DNA of 64,000 bases, from the NCBI RefSeq assembly GCF_036321535.1, contig NC_087436.1, positions 108,688,001 to 108,752,000 of the forward strand. The letters are read 5' to 3'. The first letter of the stretch is position 1; each line of letters opens with the position of its first letter. The notes beneath the pieces were generated by a model. That model was not told where the DNA came from, did no database searches, and saw only the letters and a program-made list of their open reading frames with translations. The DNA is from Camelus dromedarius. Its lineage: Eukaryota. A program made the translations under genes and the position numbers. This document shows positions 1 through 13,935 of this stretch, piece after piece.

Positions 1-1259
1 TAAGGGGGAAAAAATAAACACTGTATTCAATGAGCAGATCAACCAAAAGTTGCATGCAATTTTCAGGAAAATTAAAATCTCAAGGGAAATAATGTTTTAG
101 AACCACACTGATTCACAACAATTGTTCACAATAAATGGATAATACTTCCCTAGAAGGGTGGCTTCTATGTTTAAATAAGAAGGTGTCTGGGGCACCTGGC
201 AAGGACCTGGTCCCGCTTTTCCACTGTATCCAAAGTCACTCTATATTCAAACCATGCAAAAATGCTGGGTACCGGCTCCCTCAAATTTGATCACTCTATT
301 TTCAAATAAAGTTGTGCCAAACTATATTCATAGTGAAATTCATCAAACTTGTCCCACTGTTCAGCATAATTTGGAAGCCTGTATAGTCTAAGCTCTCAGG
401 CAAGGTAAATATTGGAAAAAACATTCATATGCAGATCTAATACATAAATATTTACTTATACACACACTATGTTTTAAGGCAGTTTATTTAATAGATAAGT
501 ATTAAATATAAATTCTCTTAACCATCTGTTGTCAGAGCTGAAACAATTAAAACCTTTTACAATTAGGCCCTTTGGTATTTTTTTCAGAAAATATTTCAAT
601 AAATGAGGGAAAGTGGGAAAGGCCCAATGATTACTAATTAGTATTATCTGCCATACCTGTATTGACAAGGTATATTCTCCTAGTTATTAGAGAAATATGT
701 AATGTGCTTGCCAATTCAGAAGATGCCAGTGACTAGCTTTGCCTCTGGGGTGAGGCACTCAGTGTTACCAGATGAGTCAGAAAAAACTCATTAAATCTTT
801 CCAGACATCTGATCTTCAGTTAACAATAATCTTGGAACCCCTGGTGTTTTACAAGGAGCCTCCAGCTGTAGCATAGAATTTCCTCCCGTGAAAGTGACAT
901 TTGATATGAAAAGGTCTGTAGTTTTCCACATGAGTTAGGATTTCTCTAAGCCATTTCCAAGTAACACCTTGTTGATTCCTCAGAGATGCTCCATCAACTG
1001 TCCCATCTCTCTCTGCTTTAACTTCTTTTTCTCTTATGAAAAATCAATAGGTTTATATGTTATGCCTAAATCATCCCGTTCCCACTTTCTCCCTCTCCTC
1101 TGACATTTATTTGAAACCCTTAAAACAGAAACACTCCTGTTCTTAATCCAACATCCCCATTCCATTGAGTTTCCATTCATGTTGCTCTTCTGGACCAAGG
1201 ACACTCATCTTGTAAAAATGAATGAAATTAGGTTTCACTTTAATGACTCTATGCATTTA

Positions 1260-1750
1260 AAATGAATTATCATTCACTAAGTATGAAACCCCCTTTTTTT
1301 CCCTTTTGACACAGGCTTTCCCTCACCCATTCCAACTTTTCTATTCTCTCTCATAGCAATTGTTGAGGCTTCTCTTCTGTAATGTTCTCCAGGACTCTGA
1401 CCTTGACCGTGCTACCCTCTTGCCTTAAGCAGAATTGTATATTACAGTGGTTATGGCCACAGACCAAGTGTGTTGACTACCTCTCCAGGATACCTATGCA
1501 GTAATGATCCAATGACACTGTGACCTCGTTGTGGATTTACTACTTCCACATGGCCAAATGTATTCCTTCTTGTTCTCCATCTCATCACTATCCATTAGTT
1601 ACCCAAACTAGAAATCTGGGAGTCACTCTTAAACCATCTCCTTTCTTACTTAATCACTAAATCATGATCATTTATACCTCTCAGAAAGTCATTTGAATCT
1701 TCCCTCTCTGCTTTATTTCTACTAGAATTGAACTTGAATAAGCTTTACCC
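1260..1750 (+). mobile_element. Degraded LINE-2 fragment, interrupted by the L1 below
   Basis: L2-like pyrimidine-rich motifs, e.g. 'ccattagttacccaaactagaaatctgggagtcactcttaaaccatctcctttc'. L2-like sequence resumes after 3290. Confidence 0.6.
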
Positions 1751-3289
1751 TTTTTTAAATTTAATTTTTGTATTGATGCATTGTCAGTTTACAATGCTGT
1801 GTTAATTTATGGTGTACATCATAGTAATTCAGTTGTACATATATATATATGTATATATATATACATATATATATATTCCTTCTCATATTATTTTTCATTA
1901 TAGGCTATTACACGGTATTGAATATAGTTCCCTGTGCTATACAGTAGGATGTTGTTTCTTAACTATTTTATATAAAGCAGTTAGTGTCTGCCAATCCCAG
2001 ACTCCCAATTTATTCCTCCCCATCCCCTTTCCCCGCTGGTAACCATATGTTCATTTTCTATGTCTGTGAGTCTGTTTCTCTTTGGTAAATAAGTTCATCT
2101 TTATCTTTTTTTTTAGATTCCACATATAAGTAATATATCTTATTTTTCTTTCTCTTTCTGGCTAACTTCAGTTAGAATGACCATCACCAGGTCCATCCAT
2201 GTTGCTGCAAATGGCATTATTTTATTCTTTTTTATGGCTGAGTAGTATTCCATTGTATAAATATACCACAACTTCTTTATCCAGTCATCTGTTGATAAGC
2301 ATTTACGTTGCTTCCGTGTTTTGACTATTGTAAATATTGCTACTGTGAACATTGAGGTGCATGTATCTTTTCAAATTAAACTTTCTTCTGGATATATGCC
2401 CAGGAGTGGTATTGCTAGATCATATGGTAACTCTACTTCTAGTTTCTTAAGGAACCTCAGTACTGTTTCCATAGTGGCTGCACCAATTTACATTCCCACC
2501 AACAGTGTAGGAGAGTTATCTTTTCTCCACCCTCTCCAGCATTTATTATTTGTGGACTTTTTGATGATAGCCATTCTGACTGGTGTGAGGTGATACCTCA
2601 TTGTAATTTTGATTTGCATTTCTCTCATAATTAGTGATATTGAGCATTTTTTCATGTGCCTATTGGCCATTTGTATGTCTTCATTGAAGAAATGTTTGTT
2701 TAGGTCCTCTACTTATTTGTTTGATTGAGTTGTTATGTTGTTATTGTTGTTATTGAGTTGTATGAGCTGTTTATATATTCTGGAAATTAAGCCCTTGTCA
2801 GTTGCATTGTTTGCAAATATTCTCCCATTCCATAGGTTATCTTTTCGTTTTTCTTATAGTTTCCTTTGCTGTTGAAAAGCTTATATGTTTAATTAGGTCC
2901 CATTTGTTTATTTCTGCTTTTATTTCTAGTGCCTTGGTAGACTGCCCTAGGAGAACTTCACTACAATTATATCAGAGAATGTTTTGCCTATGTTCTCTTT
3001 CAGGAGATTTATAGTATCTTGTCTTATGTTTAAGTCTTTAAGCCATTTTGAGTCTATTTTTGTGTATGATGTGAGGGAGTGTTCTTACTTCACTGATTTA
3101 CAGGCGACTGTCCAGCTTTCCCAACACCACTTGTCTAGGAGACTGTCTCTTCTCCATTGTACATTCTTGCCTCCTTTGTTGAAGATCAATTGACTGTAGG
3201 TATGTGGGTTTATTTCTGGGCTCTCTGTTCTGTTCCATTGATCCATATGTCTGTTTTTCCCAATACCACACTGTTTTGATTACTGTAGC
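1751..3289 (-). mobile_element. 5'-truncated LINE-1 (ORF2 C-terminus, 3' UTR and poly(A) remnant)
   Basis: Minus-strand ORFs 2488-2670 ([38 protein letters not shown]) and 2140-2352 (WIKKLWYIYTMEYYSAIKKNKIMPFAATWMDL) are L1 ORF2 C-terminal motifs. ORF2 is disrupted by stops and frameshifts. There is a T-rich tail at about 1751. Confidence 0.95.
1839..1876. repeat. (AT)n microsatellite within the L1 3' UTR
   Basis: Interrupted AT dinucleotide run seen directly. Confidence 0.9.
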
Positions 3290-3770
3290 CTAGAATTTTA
3301 TACATATAACCAGCTTCACTATTGTCGGATTTCCCTTCCTGCCTCCTTTCCCCACCCCTTACACAGATGTTTCATAGTCCACACTGCAGCCGGAGAGAGC
3401 TAAGATACAAATCTGATGACGTCATTCTCCTGCATAAAGTCTTTATGAATTTCACATGCCTTAGAATGACATAGTCAATCCTTCATGACCTGGCCGCTTT
3501 AAGACTCCCCAGCCTCGCTTCCAACTGCTTCCTAATTTTCACTTTTTAATTTTTAGTACTATGGAATCTTCTAATAGTACCAATAGTTTCTCTGACAGTC
3601 CAAACACATCATTTGGTTCCAGAGCCACATACCTTTGCTTATGTGGTTGTCCCTGCCCAGAATTATCGTTCTAGCTTTATTAGCTTTAATAATCCTTGCT
3701 TATCATTTAAGACAGTTGTACGCCATCTTTCTTATAAACCTGCCTTGAACATGGATGCATGGTATGTGGC
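3290..3770 (+). mobile_element. LINE-2 fragment (continuation)
   Basis: 'ccacactgcagccggagagagctaagatacaaatctgatgacgtcattctcctgcataaagtctt' resembles the L2 3' region. Confidence 0.65.
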
Positions 3771-4539
3771 TCCTCCTAAAATAAGAGATATTCAGTTTGA
3801 TTTAATAAAACACTGTCAGCAAAAGCACCAGCTAAGGTAGACAATAAGATATATTCTGGTCACATCCCTGCCACTAACCAGCTATGTGACCTTGGATAAA
3901 TCTTTTAATTGCTTTGGTTCTAAATTTCCTTTTGCCTGTGATGACCTTTTTAAGCTAGAAGCTTTCCAAAGTTCTCTCCACCCTCCACTTTCTGTATCTA
4001 TTCACCAGAGACAAAACGTCTCAGAGTGTCAATAAACCAGCAGCTTAACACGACTACAGCCTTGTTTATTGATCACTCTGAGGTAAAGTGGCTTTTATAC
4101 AAAGTCAATCTATGTGTCAAATATATTCAAAGTCATTGCCTTCTAAACTTAAAGGAAACAAACTGTCTGCTGTGTGTAGCCCCATCTTGTGGACTGTAGT
4201 GGATTTTTGGTTTTCCTTCTGCTAATGAAAAATCCCAGATCTGGGAAGATAGACATTGACAGGGTGTATACAGCTTGGATTTTTAAAGTTAGATCTGGAT
4301 TCAAATCCTGGCACTGTCATGTACTTTCTTTGTGACCTTAGAGGGTCACAGGTTTTCAGTGCTAAATTTGGAAGAATTACTACTAGAGGACATTGGTCAA
4401 ACAAGTTGTACCCTTCAGAGTGCATGACACACAGGAGGCACAAAGATATTATTACTGCTTTATCATCATCCTCATCACACTAGTTAGGAGAGAGAAGATT
4501 AGGCAGGTAATGACAGCCCAATCTTTTATTAATGTGGGA

Positions 4540-4735
4540 GTCATTGATATCAGCATCCAGTCACCACAGGATGCCCTCATGTTAGGGACATCACATCAAT
4601 GATGTTAGTTCAACTCCATATTTCACAGATAAGGAAGAGGGAACTCAGAGTGGTTACATGACTCATCCCCAAATAATCCTCCATCATGTGAGGCTACAAG
4701 GACTTGAACCCCATTCTCTGGGTCCCAGCTAAGTC
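4540..4735 (-). mobile_element. MIR SINE
   Basis: MIR core in reverse orientation: 'ccatatttcacagataaggaagagggaactcagagtggttacatgact'. Confidence 0.65.
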
Positions 4736-4749
4736 CTTCCCTTTAGTTC

Positions 4750-4912
4750 ATGCTTCTCAAAACTTCGCTGCATCACAATCACCCAGAGAGCCTGTAAAGC
4801 AAGATTGCTGCACGCCCTCCTCAGAGATCCTGATTCAGTGAATCTGGGGTGGGCTGGAGAATTTGCATTTTACCAGGCTCCTAGATGTTGCTGGTGCTTT
4901 GAGTAGCATTGC
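4750..4912. mobile_element. MER5A-like hAT MITE
   Basis: 'cttctcaaaactt...aatcacccagagag...ctgattcagtgaatctggggtggg...agaatttgcattt...ctttgagtagcattg'. Confidence 0.75.
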
Positions 4913-6399
4913 AATAGATGACTCTGTTCTGAATTGCCTACGAGGAGTTCTTGGCTTTCTTAAACACCTCGCTCCCAGGAAGTGACAAAGAGAGAAAGAT
5001 GAGGCCATTTGTCCTGATTATTCTCTGCCAGGTTTTGTATGGGATGCAGCACTGCCAATGAATGGAGTATGAGCTCTGCTTCCAACCTCGCCTTTTCCTA
5101 CTACACTCTCAGTCAAGAAGCCTTAGGTTTCAGAAAAACATACTCCCCAGATTTATTTTATAAAAATTACAGTTTGTTTTGGCTGGCGTGTTTATAGTCA
5201 TATTTGGAGCTTGCAGATGCACATGGAAATCTGCAGTGTCTGAAATGAGAAATTGGCTCTGGGGCTCAGCGTTTACTCCTGTGTGGCAGAAAACCTTGCA
5301 GCTTTTTATACTCCGGAGGTGGGAGAAAATACATCACAGCCAAACGCTATCTGGAAAGATGATACCCAGAATGCGTTGAGGAATTAAACAGCACCACCTA
5401 TTTATCTCCTCTGAGAAAAGGGAAACAGATTACATCCCCAAAGTTCATTTGTTAAGTTGGCAGTTTAGCACTCGGGGCTCATATTTCCATAGAAACAATC
5501 CTGATCTAACGGCTGCATTATGCATTGCAAAGGGTTTTAATGAACTTACCTGGAAACCAAATCACTGTTTGTAAAATAATTTCTAAGGAAAAAATGTCTC
5601 CTACTTTGCAGCAAGGAGGAAAGAGTGGTTCAAAGCACAAACAAGCAGTGTTCCTTGGATAAAGAGGGTAAATTATAGCAGATTAGGTTCCATCTCAGCA
5701 CCAACAAATTCTGCGCAAAAGTGAAAGTTCTTTAGCCCTCTCTCAGTTTCCTTATCTGCTTAGAGCTGATAATATACAGCTTACAGGGCCCTTGTGAAAA
5801 TCAAACAGGAAAATAGATGTGCAGCCTCTCTGCTACCATATCTTGAACAAAGGAGGCATTCAATAAATTACTCTTGTCATTTCTTAGGGAGCATGCATCC
5901 TCTGACTTAATTCCACTTCTTCACTTCCATCCCTTTATTTTTACACACATAACTACAGGCACTAAAGAGTTAGGAAGCAGGGGGAGGATGGCACTTCAAA
6001 TCCTGCCTCCCTCAGTTAAGCAGAGCAATTCTGCTCAACCAGTTCAAATCCAAAACTTTATAAGCCGAATCTATCTCGGCATTCACATAAAAACAACAAC
6101 AAAAAGTGTTAGGCGCTCTCCATTTCAGGACTCGCCAGCCTCAAAAGGCAGGTAAGTGGCCTTTTTAATATCACTCAAACAGTTTTTGAACTTTAGTTAC
6201 CTGTTACATTTTCAATTTCTTCATAAGCAATGTATCAAATAGTTTCATAGTGTTTTCTTCTAGAGGAAACTTGGAATTTTTTCTCTATGTTTACTTGTAT
6301 GTTACCCTTAAATGTGAAATGTTTCAGGGTGATATATTATTATCAATTTATGTTAATTAAAGGGAAAACTATGTGTACATATGAATGAATGCTTGTTGG

Positions 6400-7190
6400 T
6401 TTGAGTCGAGATTTCAGCAACATTCATCAGCTCATTACCTAGCACCTATGACATGTCAGCTCTGTTCTCAGTGCTGGGGATTGTGAATGAAGCTGACAAA
6501 AACCCTGTATGGCATTTAGAGTCATGGGAAAAACAAGATGAAGAAAGAAACTATACAGTCTATTTGATACTGGTAATTTCTAAGAAGAATAAAAGGGTTT
6601 GGAAGAGGTAAGGGAGAACTGAGAGTGGAAGGGTGCCATTTTGGATAAGGCAGCCTTCTGGGCTTATGAAGGTGATCATGCAGTATGGACCTGATATTGC
6701 CAAGGGAAAGTGTCATGTAGAAATCTAGGTAGAGATTGGTCCAGGGAGGGGAAACCACAAGTGCAAAGGCCCTGAGGCAGGAGCATGCCTGGGATGATCA
6801 AAGCACATTGAAGAGACCAAAGTGGTTGGAGTGAGTGAGTAAGGGCAATGTAATGAGAGATGAAATCAGGAACTTATTATAAGAGACTCAATACCCATTT
6901 AAAATGGGTTTTTACTTTTAGAAAAAAGAGAGCTGTTCAGAGATTTTGAGCAAGAGTTGTCACATGATTTGACCTGTTTTAAAAGGTTTACTCTGGCTGC
7001 TCTTCTTACAGAACAGTCTATGGGAAAGCAAGGGCATGAGCTGAGAGATGACCCAGAAGACAAAAGTCAAGAAGGAGAGGATGGTGGCTTGCCTCAGGTG
7101 TTTGGCAGTCAGTTACTGAGAATTGGTTAGATTCTGGATACTCTTTAAGAAAGAGTCAAATACGTTTGCTAATAGTTTGTATGGTAACCA
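6400..7190 (-). mobile_element. LINE-2 3' fragment
   Basis: Typical reverse-strand L2 motifs: 'cattcatcagctcattacctagcacctatg', 'caagtgcaaaggccctgaggcaggagcatgcctgg', 'actctggctgct'. Confidence 0.8.
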
Positions 7191-7689
7191 GAGAGCCTCC
7201 TACTTGGCATTACAAGAATAAATATATATTCATATATCTGCCTGGAGAATTTATCATTCTGAGACAGGTGGAAGTGAGGAGAGTCCGCTCAGCAAAAGCA
7301 CTGGACATGAAATGGCCGTGAACAAATGTTCACATGCCCCTTACTGTCACTTCTCTTCTGCTGGGCTCCTTGGCAATGACTGGCAGTTGCAAAGGTGGAG
7401 ATGATTGCTCTGGGAACGTGAGGCTGCTGGTACTGGCAAACTCAACGTTGTAATGTGCATGCCCTTTCTCTATCTTACCTCTGACTAGTTAGTGTACTGT
7501 TCAGTCCCTAAACTTAATGATTCTTGTTTCAAACCTACATGCGTCCATTTGTTAGTCCTTTACAACATAATTAATTTTGCAGATAGTCTCAGCTGTCAAC
7601 TAAAGAGGGTAAACGTTTTTTGTTTGTTTGTTTGCTTGTTTTCTTTCTGGAAACTTGAACATCATTCAGGACTCTCTCTCCTCGTTCTC

Positions 7690-8445
7690 GTGGTTAATCA
7701 GCTCCTGGTATCAGGAGATCCATCACCTCTGTAAACTTTGTATCCATCCAAATCGGCTACATTCCTAATTCATTTCTCACTTGGATTTCTAGAATAGCTT
7801 CCTAATTAGTCTCCTTGCCTAAAGTTCAGCCACATTACCTCCCAATCAATTCTCTAACACAGCAACCACAGTGATCTTTCTAAAATATGAATTTGATGCT
7901 GTCTTGCCTCTGCTTACAAATTTTCATTGGTCCTAGTGCTTTCAGGATAAAAAAGCAGACTCCATTAGCATGCTCAAAGAGCCTTTGTGATCTGGGTCCT
8001 GCTTGCCTTAGCAGTCTCATCTCGTGAAATACAATTTATTCCCATCCAAAATGTCCTCTCTGTGTTTCTCCTGCTCAAATATGTGAGCCACTAAGTTCTT
8101 ACCCATGTCTAAGAACCTACTTTTCCCTCCACCGGCAACACATTTTCTCCATCTTTGACCCTGCTCATCCTTAAAATCTCTCAGCTCAGATAGTATCTTT
8201 TTTTTTTTTTTTCAGCAAACCTGTTCAAATTCAAATATGGGTTAAGTGTCTGTCTAAGGAGCTCCCATGCTGAACCACCATTGCTCTCATTACAATATTA
8301 TAGCCATCTGCCTACTTCCCTAAAAATTGCCATTGGACTGGAGGCTTCATGAGAGCAGGGGCTAACTCACTTGTGTGGATGGTACCCCCAGCTCCTGCAT
8401 CCAAGTTAGGCACAGACTGAATGGTCAGTAATACTTGTAGAATTA
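7690..8445 (+). mobile_element. LINE-2 3' fragment
   Basis: 'cacagcaaccacagtgatctttctaaaatatgaatttgat', ending in a degenerate L2 tail 'ggtcagtaatacttgtagaat'. Confidence 0.7.
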
Positions 8446-8869
8446 TCTTGGATTCAATGGAAAAACAGAAGCATCATAGTTGAAAATCATTTTAAGCATT
8501 ACCTTCCCCTTTCAGGAGTGCACTCCAGTCCTCTGTACATACATCTACAAACCACCTCCCCATGCACATACATATGCACATTTTGACCAACCTCAGACTA
8601 ATTTGTACTAGGACCACATTTTAACTTGGAGAATGATTGGGTTTCTCCATTTAACACAATGGTCCATCCTTTCCTTGAAGCTCAATTGTTTCTTGGCTCT
8701 CGTGAGAATATTACTTTCTGAAATCTCCTGAGATCTCTCTCACCACTCTTGCTCTGGCACATTTGGCTCCTCTTTCACATAGACTGTTGATTCCTTGCTC
8801 TTATTCACTCTTGTCACTTTATCTCCCTACTTGTTCCTGTTTCTGTTTTCACCTAGAGATGATGACTTG

Positions 8870-9270
8870 GAGTGGCTGTCCAAACCCTCAAGAATTTCCT
8901 TTCTCCTAAAAGGACCACCAACCTTAGGAGTGAGTCCCCGGTGCTCTTCTGCACTCAGTGATCTGCCATAACTGATTGATGCAGGCGTATCTGCAGGTGG
9001 ACTTTCCTATTTGAAATTTGGAGTTGGATAGATGCCATGCTCGAGAGTGCCAGAGATAAGTTAAGTGCAGCCCTCTCAACTAGAGGTCTAGAAACTACTA
9101 CTGCAGGCCACCCAGAGCTGCCTTCCTTCTGCCCCTTCCTCAGTGTGGGCTATTCAGTTCTGACTTCAAGTTTATGAGTTATCCTTGCATCCTTTCAGTA
9201 TATTTCCACCACCTTTTTTATTTTTTCACTAGTCAGTTCCAGTAGTATGTTGATGAATGAATCCGCCATG
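8870..9270 (+). mobile_element. Old ERVL-type LTR (LTR16/LTR33-like)
   Basis: Weak resemblance to ERVL LTR 3' motifs ('gagttatccttgcatcctttcagtatatttcc...ctagtcagttcc'). Family uncertain. Confidence 0.35.
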
Positions 9271-9764
9271 ATCCACAGTCAGTTCAGATCACCTTTGATA
9301 CCTCCTTCACACTGTTCTGCTTCACCCTGTTCTGCCACGTTCATCTCTGCACCTGTGCTAGTCTCTGTGCTCATCCCTGTTCCTTTCTGCCCACCGAGAG
9401 GACCTCTGACTTAGACTCTTGCAGTAGCCAACTCGCGGCCTTCTTGTCTTCAGTTTTTCTCTTTTCTCTCATTGCTGTGGTTGCTTTTGTTTTTATTATG
9501 AGCAGATGAAGCAAACAGGACACTGTTGTGATTATGCCACTCTACTGTCCAGAAACATTTATTAGAGAATCATTATTCAACTCTCTTATAGGTACTTGTA
9601 ATTCTTCATAATCTGACCTCCTCCACATGTCTGATGAATTCTCTCGTGAACCCAGTGTCCCATAAAATTAGGTTAGTTGCCAATCTCTGATCGTGACTAT
9701 TGCTGAGGCAATTTATGTGATTTCAAATGCCTGCATGAGTGAGGAACACTGTCTTATGCCATTC

Positions 9765-10560
9765 ATCCTTTCATTCATTGATTCATTCAACAAATAGTTA
9801 TGAAAAACCTGTGGTCACCAAGCACTCTTCTAGCAGCTGGACATAATGTGACAAAGTATTCCATACGAATGGAAAGAGATAGGCAATGCGTGAGCTAACA
9901 AACATGTGAAAAAATACTCCAGGGAAAGTGGTGAGTGCTCTGGAGAAAAAACACGGCAATTTGATAGAGACTGACTGGCAGTGGGGACAGGAGACACAGT
10001 ATTTCTGGTCAAGGAGACTCCCTCTTAACAGACAGCATTTGAGCCTAGCAGGGCTGAGTGATGAGAAAGAGCGAGAAATAAGGAGACAGCCTTGGGGTAG
10101 TGAGTATTCCACACAGAGGGATCATGAAGCACAAAAGCCTTAGGCAGGAATAATCTTGGTTTATTCAGAGAATTGAAAGACTGTGTGAAGAGAGAACTGT
10201 GGTTGGGGATGGGGAGGAGGGGGTGAAATTGGTCTCAGTTGAGATCAGAGGGAGGCCAAGACATGGTGAGAGCTTGACTGTTATCCCAATGTCATGGACA
10301 GCTATTGGAAGGGCATGAGCAGGGAAGTTACATGAAAAATATACTCTTTATCCAGGTACTGTGTGAAAAATACACTGTAGAGATGTGGGAGTGAAAGCAG
10401 GAAGGTCAGAGGGAATGTGTCAATGGTGGCTTGGATCTAGGGCTATATTAGCAGATTTAGTAAGAGATAGTCAGAGAAAGGTTGTATTTTTATGGTGGAG
10501 CCAACCGGATTTGTTGATTGGATTATATTGAGGGGTTTTGCATGTTTAGCGTATAGTAGA
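9765..10560 (-). mobile_element. LINE-2 3' fragment
   Basis: Begins with a reversed L2 tail 'ttcattcattgattcattcaacaaatagttat'. Contains 'ggtggcttggatctaggg' and 'ggtggagccaaccggatttgttgattggatt'. Confidence 0.8.
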
Positions 10561-12346
10561 TGATAAATGTTGTTGATTGACTCATTGAAAAAAATGATTG
10601 AACAACTATGAAGGTCAAACTCAGACTCTATAAAATCCCTGATGGACCTCAACCCTCCCTTCCCTGTTCCTCTTCCTCCTGTAAATCCCCGCTGCACTTA
10701 AAACATACTTTCTCATGAACACTAATATTCTTCCTTGGATGTAGTGACACACATGCATTCCTTGCCTCCTCCTGAACTGTAAGCTTCTTCGTAGTATTTA
10801 TCCCCCATAGTCCCCTACATATTTTGCATGGCATACAGTCAGTGTCAACTGTTCTAAAGAATGAATAAATAAATACATGAATGACATGAGATAGAAATGA
10901 TGTGAAGGTCAGATTTCTCAAGTGAAGAAATGATCACTGAGCTATGGCACCTGAAATCTGAGGATCTTTCCAGACAGATTGAACAGTTTGGCAGTTCAGT
11001 TAGCTTAGGCTCTGCCTCGCTTGGAAGCTCAGGACTAGCTGAGGGACTAAGAGTGGCTCTGTTTTAAAGAACCAAGCCCGGAGGGCCAACATGAGGCTGG
11101 CTTGTGGGAATGAGGACGGAGTCTCATGGCTCACTTGGTCTCGTACCAGAAAAAGTGGTTAAGGGTCTTAACCATTTTGACTTGCAATTTCTTCATTTGT
11201 CAAATAGGTGTAATAATAGAAACACCTCAGAGATGGCTTGTGAAGAAATTCTAATGACTCTTATAAATAGAGCACTTGCCATATGCTCTGCAATGGCCTG
11301 AATGCTTTAGCTGTACTGTGCACTAACCCATTTATTGCTCCTGACAGCACCAGGAGGTATGCAATTTTATTACTCCCATTTCATAAATCACTGAAATAAA
11401 GCACTTCCTTATTACAGCACCCAATATGGAGAAACCACTCTGTAAATACTAGAGCAGAAAACAAAAAAACAACAACAAACCCCAAACTGGATATGGAGCC
11501 AAACACCTAGTTTTAAAACCCAATTTTGCTGCTTGTTTCTGGATTAAAAAAACTCTCATGTCCTCAATGCTCTCATTTTTTTTTTATTTAGCAAACAGGT
11601 ATGAAGAATAAGTGAGACAAAGTCTGGAAAAGTGAAAATACACATAAAATTACAACAAAACCCTGGATAAATGTAGATTTTTGGAAAGGGCTAGGGTTGT
11701 TTTTTAACTCAGGTGTGTGAGAACCAGCCCATCTGAGTGCACATTCCTTAGGGGACAGCATCAGAGGGTCTCTGCAGGGGAAATCCCCTCATTTACCACA
11801 GCTTTGTTATTGCAGTGAAAAGTCTTTCTGAAAGTCATGGTCTATGACTCGTTCATGTCCAGAGGACTGACAACTTTAAGTAAAAATGAAAACCTCTGTA
11901 GCTGAAGATCGTGGTTCATTTCTAGTCTTATCCATCCTGGGGTGTCTGGGCGAGTTAATTGGAGTGTTACGTGTGAGTGCCTTTTCCCAGTTAAGAAGTG
12001 CCTTTACCGCCATTATGTTTTGTGATCCTCCTAGAAATTCTGTAAAGGAACGTTATCCCAGTTCTGTCTACTTTGAGGTTCTGTCTCCTGTAACTCCTAG
12101 GTTAGTTTTGGGCTCACAGGAAATACCTTCTCTGCATCTAATTGCTTCTGACCACTAAAATGAAAGCAGAATGTCCCTTGGTTTGATCATTAGCTTTTAT
12201 CTTCCAAACTGTTTGCTGTTCCTTTTTAATACTTTGAAACGTACTTTCTTCAGTCCTTTCTTAGTGAAAATTGGAAGTTCAAAGATAGAAATGCTAATTA
12301 AATCTGCCCTTTGCTTCTCAAAGACAAGGTTCTTTTTATGTATATT

Positions 12347-12347
<1 letters not shown>

Positions 12348-12384
<37 letters not shown>

Positions 12385-12389
12385 ACACA
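12348..12389. repeat. (AC)n microsatellite
   Basis: About 20 AC units with one AT interruption. Confidence 0.95.
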
Positions 12390-12515
12390 TCTCTTAATTG
12401 GCTTGCTCCTGATGAAGTCGAGTCTATTTTTGTGGGTTTCAATTTAAGGTAGCTTTTCTTTTCTTATTTAAAAGGGTGTTTTCTGTTCAAAGTAATTTGT
12501 ATATTATGAACTGAG

Positions 12516-13006
12516 TGATAGGCAGAATGATGGTCCCTCAAAGACAACCACATTCTAATTTCCAAAACCCATGGATATGCTAGGTTGCATGGCAAGGGTA
12601 ATTAAAGATGCAGATGGAATTAAGGTTGCTAATTATCTGACCTTAACGTAGGAAGATTATCCTTGATTATCCAGACAGGCCTGATGGATTCACAGGGATA
12701 AATGGAAGAAAGAGGCAAAAGAATGCAGTTCAGAATGATGTTGTCTGAGAGAGACTTAATTGTCCATTGTTGGCATTGAAGATGGAGGTGGCCACTAGCC
12801 AAGGAACAAGAGCAGACTCTAGAACCTGGAAAACCCGAGGGAACAGATTCTTTCCTAGAGCCTCCTGGAGGAGTGCAACCCTGCCAGCACCTTGAATTTA
12901 GCCCAATGAGACCCATTTCAGACTTTCAACCTCCAGTGCTGAAAGATGGCATTGTTTTAAGCCACCAACTTTGTGTTTGTCACAGCAGCAGTAGGAAATT
13001 AGTACA
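12516..13006 (+). mobile_element. MaLR solo LTR, MLT1D-like
   Basis: TG...CA ends. Motifs 'gcagatggaattaaggttgctaat', 'acagattctttcctagagcctcc', 'ttgttttaagccacc...cacagcagcagtaggaaattagtaca'. Confidence 0.85.
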
Positions 13007-13832
13007 GACTGATTTTAGCACTATTGACAACGTGAGCATAATGATAGGAAACAAGCGATCTCCAGCAGCGATAAGCTGCAACACTGATTGACTAGAAGTT
13101 CTGAAAGACATGTAATTCTCAGAGGAGAAATGATTCCATTTCCAGCTTTTTAAGCCTCTGTTTTTGGAGCTAAGTTAGAAAGAAAATTTATCCTTTGCCT
13201 CTTTCAAAAAAAAAAAATAAAGTTTAGTACTTCTTGCCAAAGAGATTTGCTGAGATGCGGGCCCCAGTTTCACCGGCTGCTAGCCTGAAGCAGATCTTGG
13301 CAGCTAGACATAAATGTGTCTGATTTGGAGGTACCAACAACAGCTAGCACTCATGATCAGCATCCGAACATATGTAACATTAGGCCTGACCTTCATCAAG
13401 CTGAATGATGCTCTATCCTTGTTGACCTGCCAATCCCCGGAAGAAGCTGCTCTTTAGTGTGGAGTTTTCTGATCTCCTCACTAGGAGGACTCCCTCTCTT
13501 CTGTATGCATGGTCCTGCCTTGCTTATATCTTAGCTATTACATAGACACCTTAAATTCCTGTTATAGTGGAAAGAGCACTGAACTGAGGTTCCAGAGACC
13601 TGGCCATGAATCCTGGCTGTCAGATCCTGCCCAGTCACTTCAGAGAACTAGCATTTAGGGACGAATGCCTACCATGGCCCATACCCTGCATCCTAAACAT
13701 CTTTTGTATAGACATTCACTAAGCCTTGTTCATCACGCAGCACACCAAGGTCAGTGCAAAGGGGGCTTCTCTAGTCACTGGGGCCTCACCTATTCTAGCC
13801 TGGCAGATGAGGGAAGTGATCCCAGTGATAAT

Positions 13833-13866
<34 letters not shown>

Positions 13867-13935
13867 GAATTAAAGAAGGAAGGAAGGAAAAAAGGAAAGA
13901 AGGAAGGAAGGAAAGAAGAAAGAAAAAAAGAAGAA
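13833..13935. repeat. Compound (GT)n(GA)n plus GGAA/GAAA low-complexity repeat
   Basis: Seen directly. Confidence 0.9.
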
